From Phoronis australis (taxonomy: Eukaryota; Animalia; Phoronida), in NCBI GenBank assembly GCA_002633005.1, contig NMRA01000530.1:51706-115705 (forward strand): a stretch of DNA of 64,000 bases. Reading direction: 5' to 3'. The notes beneath the pieces are model-generated. The model saw nothing but the letters and a program-made list of their open reading frames with translations, ran no database searches and had not been told where the DNA came from. How positions within the stretch are numbered: the stretch's first letter is position 1; every line of letters starts with the position of its first letter. Positions 51,640 to 62,951 of this stretch are shown one piece after another. The position numbers were made by a program, and so were the translations under genes.

Positions 51640-53810
51640 TTGTCTCCGTAATCCCTTGCCAGAGAAGGGCCTCTGACTTGTTGGATTTAAAAATCCAATA
51701 AATTAGTACGCTCCGCAAAAGCTCTGCTTTACAAATTTTCTCTGGGATCGGGCGACAGTTAAGCAAGGCCTCAGCTTCGCACTTCAAAGGATGCAAACAT
51801 TATGTGTCTAAAGGCTGTTCAATAAGCGACGGCAAGACACATGCGGACGCCCCTGATGCAACGTTCCCAAAAACCGCCCCAATGAGAGCCTGTGGGTGGG
51901 TTAAAAATCCATTTGACTTGCTTCTGTGCTAAGAAATCATGAATCTGTTCCTGATTCCACATTTCTACAGCAAACTTCGTCTCTCGACAACCACCTACAG
52001 AATTCGTCCCGTTGTCACTTCGTACATGTATGATTTCAGGTGAACCTCGGCGAGCTATAAAACGACGAAGTGCATTGATGAAGGTGTCATGATCCAATGA
52101 CGACGTGACCTCATTATGGATTGCTTTTAACGATAAGCATGTAACCAAGCAACCGAACATCTTGTCCTGACTTCTTCCTCTTTTTACCAGGAAATGACCA
52201 ACATAGTCAGCCCCAGAAGACCCAAAACATGTCTTGTCCACATTCAATCTGTCTTCGGAACTTCAGCAGCACGGTAGGGACGCCTGCACATAAAACAACC
52301 ATACAGAACCTTCCTAACAGCAGCATAACCATGAGCGATCCAATACATTTCGCAAAAGTGCGACAGCACGTAGCTCTTTTCAGATGTCCATGAGCTTCGT
52401 GGCAGTGCTTTATCAGGAGAACTGAGACACGAATGTCTTTGGAAAGAATCGCTTGATGATGATGATCATACGAAAACGTCGATCGACCAATACGACCATC
52501 AACTCTAAACAAGCCGTCCACATATAAAGGATTTAGTTTCCGAATCTTGCTGGACTTCTTTATCGTCTTAACACCTGAAGACAAGGTTTCAATCTTACTT
52601 GGGTAATAGATCTTCTGTACGGCAACTAAAATATAATGTTCAAATGTTTCAGACTTCGATCCTTTAATATTCTCCGGTTGAGATGACCAAGACGGTGTAT
52701 GGCCATGGACTCGTTATCTGGAAGCAGACAGTTGTTGCTGGAGCAAAACAAAACAGGCTCGGGGGCTTTACTCTTTTAATGCCAACAGTATAAATGACAG
52801 TAGCAGTGGCAGTGGTAGCAGGTAAAATGAAATGTAACAAAAAACTATGTTCAAATTTACACGTTACTTAATTCTATCTCTTCCTGATACTATCTATATA
52901 GCAAGCCAATGCCCCGGACAACGCCCTAAGAGCACACATTAGCAGGCGTTCAAAACGTTAACTACACTGACAGAAAATTAGAAAACTAAAGAATGCAAAT
53001 AAAGTAATTTATATCAAGAAACACGAGTACTTACGCTGATATCGCCCTAAGTCCAACCAAAACGCGCTGAATAACTACATGTATGTACAGCAGACGTTTC
53101 TCTATCATTAACGTTTGTGGAACGACATTCGAAAAAGGTGGCACGAGAATAGTCAGAGAGAGCGACATCTGGCGCAAGATCTACACAGTAACAAGTCTAC
53201 TTTTAAGGCGGGAAACGATCGTATTCGTACGCGTAAGTCAAAATAACAAAACATGACAGTCTGCAATAACAGCTTTCATTATTCCAAGGGAAGGCGACTT
53301 GACAATGCCCATTTGACTTCTCCACGGCATTTAAAGCCTTCCTATCTTTCTGTGACATACGCTCAATATCATCGCGCAAATCTCCAAAGTCATCATCATG
53401 GTATACAGACATCAGAAAAGTGTAAACTATGTTGGCGAGCTTGGCCCTCTGCTGGTTTTCTCTCTATATAACTTAGTGCTGGTAGCGAACGGTCCCTTTT
53501 CTTGAACTGTAACCACTTCCAAGCGTTCCAGGGCTTCACAGTTATCGCTCACAATCAGAAGATCCACCTCAGCATTAACACACGGAAGCTCCATACAACT
53601 CAAGTGAGAAGTGTGGTTGACACCTTATTCCCAGGGTATATCACCCCTGCCTGGACACCGGCAAGGACAGAAGCTATCGTGAAGACATTCTTGAGGATTA
53701 TACCATGCACTTCATTTACATTCCAAACTTCTACGTTCAGGATCCAACATCTCACTTGCTCAAAATCTGGCAACGTAGTTAACCTGAGGCGCCACAAGCC
53801 TGTATGGAGG
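51640..53810 (-). mobile_element. Degenerate BEL/Pao LTR retrotransposon internal fragment (protease-adjacent region, RT start, integrase); most of RT/RNase H deleted
   Basis: Frameshifted pieces in BEL order: SHLSCMELPCVNAEVDLLI...GPFAT; MSQKDRKAL...GHCQVAFPW; LPDNESMAIHRL; KSSKIRKLNP..DGLFRVDGRI; integrase GADYVG...CLVTC...FINALRRFIARRGSP..SDNGTN...WIFNPPTGSHWGGFWER; EAEALLNCRP. Confidence 0.9.
52733..53271 (-). mobile_element. Solo-LTR-like insertion inside the BEL relic
   Basis: Non-coding insert reading TGTTA...CAACA on the minus strand, with ATTAAA near its 3' end. It splits the contiguous BEL peptide PWNNES|CLLPDN. No clean TSD. Confidence 0.55.
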
Positions 53811-55629
53811 CTCTTGTAAGGGATCTACATCTTACAGTCTGTTTTGTCATAGATTCCTGTTTCGTTGGCCTGTATCACACTTGAGAAACCACTTCAATCT
53901 TTTAAACGCATGTATTCATCAAATACCCAGCATCATCAACGTCCAGGCCTTCAAAACACAAGACCAGTAGAAAAAATTGCAAACGCCCCATTGTGATTGT
54001 TTTGTACATTCCTGGTGGAAAACAGCAATGGTTGTGAATTACCATGTGACTTTGACCTTGAATGAATACAAGCATCAAGCAAACAATCGTCAAAACCTAT
54101 ACGTACATGTAATTTATGTTAATTAGGACCTGTGGTGCATGCAACAAAGGGTTAGTGAGGTCGAAAATAATCTAAATCAGTATAGAAAAAGATCTTCAAA
54201 ATAGGCACATGGATATAAAAGGTGATTTCTTCTAAAGTTGCAAACATCCTGTTGTGAACCTTAACTCCTGAGCTATGATGTCAGCACACATTCGCAATAA
54301 ACAGCGACAAAAATGACCTTGGCGTAAAGGAGTCAAGGTTGTCTTTTTTCAAGGATTGATCACCCCACCAGTAGCAGAACAGCATGGAACTTCCTTGAAA
54401 GAAAAAACACACTCGTACATCATGAATAATTATTCGCAAACTACAATGTAATGTGAAACATAAATCTAAAGATCTATCACGCGACCATTGTTCCACTCAA
54501 AACCAATAAGATAAATTTGAGACCTGAGCTCATCACTTCAAATCTCAAGTGATTGTCACCCCATTATGTTAGTCTGATAAGTGTACTGAATTCTTGCTTC
54601 TTTCAAAAACTGGTAACATTCACATCATGAGCCTAGTGAAGTAGAAATGTAAAAATGCTCAGAAAAACAATACACAGACATGAATAGTCGCTATAAAACT
54701 CTAAACAACCCTCGGGATTGTCAAATTACTCCAAGAGTATTTTGGAAAGAAATGAACAAACAACACAGAACTGAACTAGCAAAGTTGTAACACTTATGAG
54801 GCGCAACACGTCATTAAGTCAGTTTTGAAGAAAGACAAGTAACTTACATTTTGACATATTTTTTCCAATATTTTGCCTGCCTTTAAGCTTGAGGTCATAG
54901 TGTCAAAGCTTAATAAAACCCTGAAAGCTGAGGTGGAAGCTAAATTCAAGATATAAAACTGTCATAGTAAATATTGATTATGAAATATGAAATTAGTAGA
55001 GTTACTTCCATTGCCCAACATTTGTGCATATGCACTTTTAAAACCATGGGGTCAAACTTGTTTACTTGTACATGTACACGTACATTTGATATCTACATCT
55101 AATTTAGATGATGTTTACCGTTTTTGTTCTGGACTCAGCACACTGTGAGGAATCTGAAAATTGACTTGTCAATTATAACTGCGAACAGGCGTCTAGATAG
55201 GAACACCCATAGATTTTAACAATAAACAATCGATCGGCTGACCGTACATCATTTCTTGTGAACCCAACAAGCCGTCCGTCATCAGTGTTCGGCCAGCTAA
55301 TTTCGCGCTTATATCAGCAGTGAGCATAGTCTTAAGAGTCGTGAAACGGTCGAAGTTGACGTTATTTTTAGCTGCTAGCAAGAATTGGTAAGTGTTAGGA
55401 GTTGACAGAAGATCCGGTTTAAAATGTGCACGTGGGCAAGCGCCTATGACTTGGCCAAAAGGTTTAAAATGCTTTTGTTATTTCAGATACGTGCTGAGGT
55501 ACTAAGTTAGTCGCTCATTGAGGCCACATAAAACGCTAAAAGTGTGTTGGCTGTTATTATTTATAGTTATTTGTGACTACAGTAATGTCTTAACAATTTT
55601 CACAGTTAAAGGCACTACTGCCATCCGAA

Positions 55630-58425
55630 ATGGACGAGGCGAGCGGATCTGTCAAGCTCTTGGTGATGCTATTAAGTGCCCTTTGTTGGAAAGTCTCCTC
55701 CGAAAATTGCCTGACCTGGAGAAACAAAGTGTTGAACAAGGAGAAGATGCAGAGCTTGTCTAATGCCAATACTGTGGACTTCTGGTCTTGTGGCATCCGC
55801 CAGATTGAGAGAAACGCCTTCGCCAGTTTGTTGCAGGTGGAATATCTTAGTCTGACTGATAATCACTTATCAGAAATCATGGATGGACTTTTTATGACAT
55901 TAGTAACACTTAAAACCTTGGATTTGAGCCGTAACAAAATACGTTCTGTGACAGACCAAACGTTGGATGGATTGCTTAACTTAGAAATTTTAGATCTCGC
56001 AAATAATTGCGTGTCATCTTTGTTTCAAGACATGTTTAATGGAACACCATCGCTAAGAGTACTGCGTTTAAATCACAACTTCATTACATCATTGGATGGT
56101 AATTCATTTGGCAGTAGCTTGCCCAGTCTCGAAAAACTCTTTATTGGAAGCAACAAGATTTCAAGGATAGCAAGTGGAACATTCAGCAGATTGAACACAT
56201 TGAGGCATCTTCACCTCGAGAGCAACAACCTAACTGCAGTGCACGGGCACGCCTTTGATGGTCTGGGAGCTTTAACTACTTTGATATTGAGAAACAATTC
56301 CATGACTGGGATTCGTGGCCTGGTGTTTCCGTCTTTGCGGTTCGTGGATTTAAGTCAAAACCATTTACATACACTGGAAAGGTCGTTCGTTGTTTCTAAC
56401 CAATCAATTATTGTGCTCCTGGCGTTCAACTCCATTTCAGAAATTGAAAACGGTACATTTTGCTCCCAACTGTCGACTTACAAACTGACGATGTCTTCGA
56501 ATAGGCTAAAAATGGTAAAAAAGTCAAATTTCGCTTGCCTGAAATCTACAGAAACACTCTCCCTGTCAGGCAATGGTATAATATCAATAGAACACGGATC
56601 GTTTTCTCACATGAGGAAACTTAATTATCTATTTCTTTCATATAATGAAATTACAATCGTCAGACGAGGAATGTTAAATGGTTTGTTAAATCTGGTACTC
56701 CTGGACCTACGTTTCAACAACATAATCTCTATTGGTGACCGATCTTTTGAAAACCTTACGGCTCTGAAATTCCTTTATGTGAATGGTAATAAAATTTCTA
56801 CTCTAGCTTCTATGGATTTCGTGGGTCCTACAAAACCTGTACTATTGGCAATGGACGGCAACCCAGTTAGTGCTATACAAATCACTACTCCAATGGCATT
56901 TCAAGAGGTCCGAGTTGACTTCACTTATGTGAACGTGACGTGCAATGTGTCATATCTTGCAAATGTTAATAAGCTGAAAGTGAGAGGAAATTTTGAACAT
57001 CACACCGTTTCACAGATGTTTGTTGGAAATCTTAGAAACCTGATTGCTCTACATATGTCGTGGTGCAACATATCGGATTTGAGTGACCAACCCTTCAAAT
57101 TACTTCATCGACTTACAACATTAGATCTTGCTGGAAATCAACTAAAACACGTATCTTCTTACATGCTTGAAGGGCTCGAATCTTTGACAACATTAATTCT
57201 TTCGCAAAATGAGATCGTGTCAATTGCAGAGAATGCATTTCTGGAGCTGATGTTACTGAAAAACATATATCTGACAGGGAACATGATTATTCACATAGGA
57301 AAAACTGTGTTACCTAAAAACATCAGAAAACTTGACTTGGAGGGAAACAACGTCAGAAACCTTTCGACCTTCAACGTAACTGCACTTACGTCTCTCTCCT
57401 TAAGTCATAACAACCTCGGCTGTGTAACGAACACAATGCTTTCAGGACTGCCGAACATTCTATATTTAAACATGTCCTATGCACATATTGACTACATAAG
57501 TGAAGACGCCTTTTGCAATGTGATTTCTCTACGGTCACTGGTTCTAACCGGAAATAGAATTCGAATAGTACGTCAGTCTGTGTTTGGTTCCCTTACATCA
57601 TTGAAATCGCTTGAGCTGGATCACTGTGGCATTAAAAGAATTGAAGAAGGGGTCACGAAAAATATGAACAGTTTGCAGCATCTGTATGTTCGCAATAACA
57701 GTATCCAGACTATACCGCTGGACATACTAAGTAGGGTTGATGTCTCAGCAAAACGATTCCTCTTTCTGGTGTCTGACAACCCACTTCACTGTACCTGCCT
57801 GGTGCGTTTCCTTCAGGCATGGGTCTACCGTATGGTAAGGCATAAATTTAGCTCACTGAAAAACAACGCCGTCCCTACATGCAACTCGCAATTTAAAACA
57901 CGATCATCCATTGGATCATTCGTATCCTCTGATTTCGTCTGCCATAAGCCTAGTTCTCCGGTTTTGGAAGTCAAACAAGACGCCCTCAAGGTTTCTATTA
58001 AGTGCACGTCTTACGGAGATCCAAATCCGACGATTACACTCAAAGGTCCTGAAGGAAACACGTTGAATTATTCTACTGTAGTGAATACTACCGAAGCTGT
58101 CGCGGAGTCGAGTATTCCAGCAGATGAATTTGTTGAAGGTAACTACTCATGCACGTCTGCAAATTTTATGGACCAATTATCAAGCGTAAAATTGATTAAA
58201 GCCACAAAGAAAAGCGAAGACGGGAAAGACAAAACAGAAAGAAATGACTTACCTTTCGATGTCTATCTAGTAACAGTGGGTGTCACCGCTGGTATAGTAG
58301 GATGTGTAATAGCTGTAGGCGTCATTTTGTCGGTCTGTATCGTGTGTCGGTACAATGGTCGGCCCAATTCATCGAGAACTGGTGCCGCAACGAACCAGAT
58401 CGAACTGGGAAATACTCGAGTCTAA
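55630..58425 (+). CDS. Leucine-rich repeat and Ig-domain type I transmembrane protein (LIG-like), 931 aa, single coding exon
   Basis: Uninterrupted 2.8-kb ORF with a hydrophobic signal peptide, more than 20 LxxLxLxxNxI repeats, LRRCT (NPLHCTC...C), Ig-like domain (IKCTSYGDPNPTI...EGNYSCTSAN), TM helix (VYLVTVGV...VCIVC) and a ~25-aa tail. Probable 5' UTR introns: donor at 55388, acceptors ending at 55486 and 55605. Confidence 0.92.
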   Translation: MDEASGSVKLLVMLLSALCWKVSSENCLTWRNKVLNKEKMQSLSNANTVDFWSCGIRQIERNAFASLLQVEYLSLTDNHLSEIMDGLFMTLVTLKTLDLSRNKIRSVTDQTLDGLLNLEILDLANNCVSSLFQDMFNGTPSLRVLRLNHNFITSLDGNSFGSSLPSLEKLFIGSNKISRIASGTFSRLNTLRHLHLESNNLTAVHGHAFDGLGALTTLILRNNSMTGIRGLVFPSLRFVDLSQNHLHTLERSFVVSNQSIIVLLAFNSISEIENGTFCSQLSTYKLTMSSNRLKMVKKSNFACLKSTETLSLSGNGIISIEHGSFSHMRKLNYLFLSYNEITIVRRGMLNGLLNLVLLDLRFNNIISIGDRSFENLTALKFLYVNGNKISTLASMDFVGPTKPVLLAMDGNPVSAIQITTPMAFQEVRVDFTYVNVTCNVSYLANVNKLKVRGNFEHHTVSQMFVGNLRNLIALHMSWCNISDLSDQPFKLLHRLTTLDLAGNQLKHVSSYMLEGLESLTTLILSQNEIVSIAENAFLELMLLKNIYLTGNMIIHIGKTVLPKNIRKLDLEGNNVRNLSTFNVTALTSLSLSHNNLGCVTNTMLSGLPNILYLNMSYAHIDYISEDAFCNVISLRSLVLTGNRIRIVRQSVFGSLTSLKSLELDHCGIKRIEEGVTKNMNSLQHLYVRNNSIQTIPLDILSRVDVSAKRFLFLVSDNPLHCTCLVRFLQAWVYRMVRHKFSSLKNNAVPTCNSQFKTRSSIGSFVSSDFVCHKPSSPVLEVKQDALKVSIKCTSYGDPNPTITLKGPEGNTLNYSTVVNTTEAVAESSIPADEFVEGNYSCTSANFMDQLSSVKLIKATKKSEDGKDKTERNDLPFDVYLVTVGVTAGIVGCVIAVGVILSVCIVCRYNGRPNSSRTGAATNQIELGNTRV

Positions 58426-58674
58426 CAACCGCTGAGTGTTACGGAAACAGATTCCATGACCGTGCTTCTAAATTCCAGTCTCCGAGACCAATTGATACCA
58501 ATGCCACCGTGAGTACCAAGACGAGCTACCTTAAACTTCACACATGCACCAAAATGCCCCCTAGACGGTGGCGGTGTTCTCGGGTGCTCCTATTTTACAG
58601 CTGATCGACTGATGGGATTGCTTTTGTGTGTTTTCGATATAAAGTGATTCAGATTCTAAGCACGGAAACATTTA

Positions 58675-60655
58675 CAGCCGATTTCATAAATGTGCTTTAA
58701 AGTTAAACCTGGGTTAAATTGGATTTAGACCAGGTTTAATTTGCATTTCATAAAGGTGGTTTAACATTTAAACTAGTGATCTGGCAAAACCTGGTTTAAC
58801 CTCAGTTTGGACCAAGGGATAAAAAGGATGTCCGGACTCCCTGGACCCGCCTTTGCGTAGACCAGTACGTGTTGCAGGGTGTCCTTTGGATTCTTCACAA
58901 TGCGACTGGTCGAGCAGAGCGTCATGGTCGTAAACACTACGAGCTGTACTGGAGACGGCATCTTCTGATTCTTCTGACTGAGTTCCATTTCCATTGGACC
59001 CCGATTTAAGGTTGCCAGGCAGGGGTCCTGCTCCCCAACCCTCCTTGTCCTTGAAATGACACGAAAATAAATTTGGGAATTTACGTGTATTGTGTTACGG
59101 ATAATCGTAAGCATGTACTTTAATATGTGTACGTGTGTTGGGCCCAGACATTACAAAATGAAAAATGTCCCCTCATGATACCCTAGATCTGCCAGTGAGT
59201 CCCTCATCGTTTTTCTTTGCAATTTTTCACTGATGAAATTTTCTTTCTGGCTTTCGTTTTTAGTGATGCCCTTTCACTGTTTTTCACTGCATTTCTCCGA
59301 TTGTAGGAACTGTGCAGCCAGTCTGGACCAATATCTCTCCAAGTCTGCTGCTTACGGTGACTTCATTTGCCACCAGTTTTCTTGTTCTGTGTAATATAGA
59401 CTGATCAGTTATGGGAGGGAACATTTCCCTCATTCGAAAAGCTTTTAGGCCTTTTTCGCAAATGTCTGCACTGATTCTACTACTATGTGCCATTTATATC
59501 CACATGATCAATGTTTCATTGAAGCACATTACCAGCAATTCGTAAACTAGGTCATCCGCCAGGTTCTCTGCGAAAACTAGGTCATCGCTTATGGACCAGT
59601 TAGCGCTTCACTCTCCGCGTGTCTGCTGGTTAGAAGCACCAGAAAGGTTGTTCTACATTTTGTAGCCCAAAATTACCAAAGTTCAAATATATTCCGTTGA
59701 AAAGGAAAGACAAAACATATTATTACAGATGTCTGGCCAATCATGAGTCACTACTCGTAAGNTGTTCTGTGTAATATAGACTGATCAGTTATGGGAGGGA
59801 ACATTTCCCTCATTCGAAAAGCTTTTAAGCCTTTTTCGCAAATGTCTGCACTGATTCTACTACTATGTGCCATTTATATCCACATGATCAATGTTTCATT
59901 GAAGCACTTCAATAGTTTCTGGTTAATCCAGATCGACACAGTAAGGTTGATTAGATAATTTAAACCTGGTATTACTAAAACCGCTCCCTGGTCTCAAAAT
60001 CAGGCTTTCAGATTTTTACATGACAGCATGTTCCCGTTCAGTGACTTTACCAGCCGTAGGGGGTTCTGAGCGTGTGGTAACATATAGCTTCTTTGTTAAC
60101 TGCCATAGCACAATTTTTTGTCTGTTACGACAACAAGCAGGCCAACTATCTGCCACGCTTACTACAGACCACGTGTGAACACACTCAAACTCAGAGTGAA
60201 TTGGTGTATTCGGAAAGAATAAATTGTCGTAACTTCGGTTGCGATTTTGGCGATTCAAAAACTAAACATGATCACCATTTGACAAAGATTTCAGAAATGC
60301 TATTGGTTTATGTACAGATATGTTATAACTTAACTTTTGTTTTTAACAGCACAACCCAGCCAGTGTAGATACGATCTTATTGGGGATTAGAGCAATTATC
60401 GAACAAAAGAGAGCTGGCCCTCCAACCATAATTTTCAGAATGGAGTTAATCAGTCGCGTAAGATATTGGCTACAGGGGTAAACTTCCCAGCTTGTTGTTG
60501 GGCTCTAGAATCGAACAAGTTGGGAGCAACAGGAAAAAGCCGTAATGAACCACGTTTTTGAAATGAAAGTTTGGTCTAAAATTAGACTAGGTTTATAAAG
60601 ACCAGGTTTAAGTCTTAATCCTGGTTTTGTTAAACCAGCTTGATGAAATCGGCTG
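58675..60655 (-). mobile_element. PIF/Harbinger-type non-autonomous element with a decayed Myb/SANT-like ORF
   Basis: Perfect TIR CAGCCGATTTCAT/ATGAAATCGGCTG with TTA on both flanks and AAACCAGGTTT-type subterminal repeats. Minus-strand remnants: NWSISDDLVF...KQQTWRDI...SLKTKARKK. Confidence 0.8.
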
Positions 60656-61785
60656 TTAGTGTTTTGCTAACAGGAACGCCATGCTTGTGTTTTACGACAT
60701 TCTGGTTGCCTTGGAAGCTCTTTGCACAAGTGAAACAGCAAGTACATGTATAAATCATGTTATTACGTTGTGTAAGCTCGTTGCTGTAAATTCCACTACA
60801 AGCCCTACTCTAGAAAGCTTTCTAAACAGGTAGGCGTATAAAGACTTGGTTGAGGTCCAGTATGACGCGAGAACGATTTAGTCATTTATCTATGTTGAAT
60901 ACGCACAAGGAACACGTTGACAATTTGGATTTAACTGAGAGTTTGTAATGGTTTTGCAATTGTAAACAATAACAGCACCCTTTATTTTGGAAAGTTTGCA
61001 ACTGAAGACATCAAGAAATAAATATACTTGAATCAAGTCACTGCAAACAGCAAATTAATCCGAATTGCAAAAGCATCAGGCAACTGTTGGTGCGTTATGC
61101 TATCAATTAACGTGTAACTTTAAATAGAATGCGAAAAACAGATTAAATTGCATTTTCCATGTATTTCTCTGCCACTGAAATAAAAGTCAAACTAACAAAG
61201 TGTCATTTTATTAAGATGTTTCAGCTATCATCGGTCACTTTAGAGGATCGTGGGAGAGGTGTGTTTTGTCTGGGTAAAACGTGTTGCATTCAAAGAACCC
61301 TAGTGCCACATGTACGACCTTTAGGAACCAAACAGAAGCCAGTTTAACATCATTCTACAGGCCCGTAAGCAGCAGTGCGCAGAGGGAAGTTCGAATTTCT
61401 TGAACGATGGTCCTTTGACACTGTGGAGTTTCCATTAAGGCCCTCAGTTGACGCAGCTTAATCAGGAGAAAGGGAAATTTGTATGCACAACGATGACTCT
61501 CAGCTCTATGTTTTTGAGATGAGACGGAATTAGTAATACCAGAGATGAGGATGCCGTGACAGTTGCTCGCAAAGAACGGGACTCAATTCGGATGTAATGT
61601 GGTCCAAAACGTACTCGCGTTAGTTCCTGCCAAATTTCAAACCAGGCATGACTGATTACATCTACTCGGACCGAAATATTTAGTCAGAGAATAACTCGAC
61701 AAAAATTTTTATCTAGTTATATTTTTACGTGTTACATAAGTTGCTTACGTCGTTGGAAATGGGAACAGCCCACTACTCATCATTC

Positions 61786-62857
61786 GGTCCGCCATTCCGA
61801 AGGTTCAGTACTTCGAAGGTTCACTACTATGAATAGATCTAACTTTTTCAACTCGTGTATTTTTGCACTTTTACATGCAAAAATGAATGATACATACACT
61901 GAACGGTGTAGTACTTATATCGAAAACAACGCCCGGGCACTAAAATACTTTGTTTGGATTTCATGATGCGCATGCGAAATTGCCTGCATGTCTTACAAAC
62001 ACGGAAAATTAGAACGTTATTGCATTTTATACAATATGGAGTGGGAATATTGATGAATTATAAACTCCGATACATTCATGAAATCTATGTCAAGGTCGTA
62101 TCACTTCACAGCGCGACTGAAAAGTTTAGGGGCGCTGCGCCTCAACCTCACCCGATTAAGGAACCACGCACACGACGGGTCGAAATTAGATGAAGTTAGC
62201 TGGCTACCCTTTCCCTGCCAGTCTTCACGAAGTCAGTGGGCCCCATTTAGTCTTCTTAAATTTAAACCTTTGCTCGCTGCAGCCCTGACCCGTGCCCCAG
62301 ATGTTGTCCGTGCTTAAGGATGAGTCGTTAGTTAGATTCAAGAATCGCGATTGACAGTGATTGGAACAGAGCTCATTGTAAACAACGAAATCAATGTACA
62401 CGTATTAAGAACTACATGTAGTCGACTTTTTCACACCCTTTAAATGTTTACCAATTGGACACAAATACAATAATTCATGTTTGTTGCGACTCATTAGCAG
62501 AGAATCAGGGTAATGATCTGGGTAGCTCAGTGGTTTGAGGTCGGAACTCCTGTTTGAGAGACCTGGGTTCGAATCCTGGCGTTTCACTGGCGGCCAATCG
62601 AGCATTGCACAGAATGAATGTGTCTCCTACACACATGAGCTCGGTCTTACTAGTGAATAATGGGCAAGGGTGTGAATTAGAACCTAGATATAATGCTAAG
62701 CGACTCCTGGAGCTGGGCTTACATTTAACAAAAAATAACTGTCGGAGTTCTGGTTTTGGAATTGTGGACATTCGAAGTAGTGAACTTTTGAAGGTAGCAA
62801 ACCTTCGGAGTAATGGATCTTCGGAGAAATGAACCTTCGGAATTGTGGCATCTAACC
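61786..62857. mobile_element. Non-autonomous DNA element with ~15-bp subterminal repeats
   Basis: TTCCGAAGGTTCA units at the left end and inverse GAACCTTCGGA units at the right end. It hosts the 62515 SINE. Confidence 0.55.
62515..62730 (+). mobile_element. tRNA-derived SINE-like element
   Basis: A box TAGCTCAGTGG and B box GGTTCGAATCC. D, anticodon and T arms can fold but the acceptor stem cannot. The 3' limit is approximate. Confidence 0.6.
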
Positions 62858-62951
62858 TTGGAAGTCTTTTCCATCAAGTTATTTGTTCCGCGCATGAAGT
62901 CTGTGAGGCTGTGCACCATTGACACTGTTGACAAGAGAAGTCTATCTCCAT

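Noticed and set aside
58426-58604. Stop readthrough or frameshift extension of the LRR-Ig tail
   Set aside because: The TAA-CAA-CCG context is only loosely similar to readthrough motifs, and no TIR or other domain follows.
62515-62587. Functional tRNA gene
   Set aside because: The acceptor stem does not pair; it is better explained as a SINE head.
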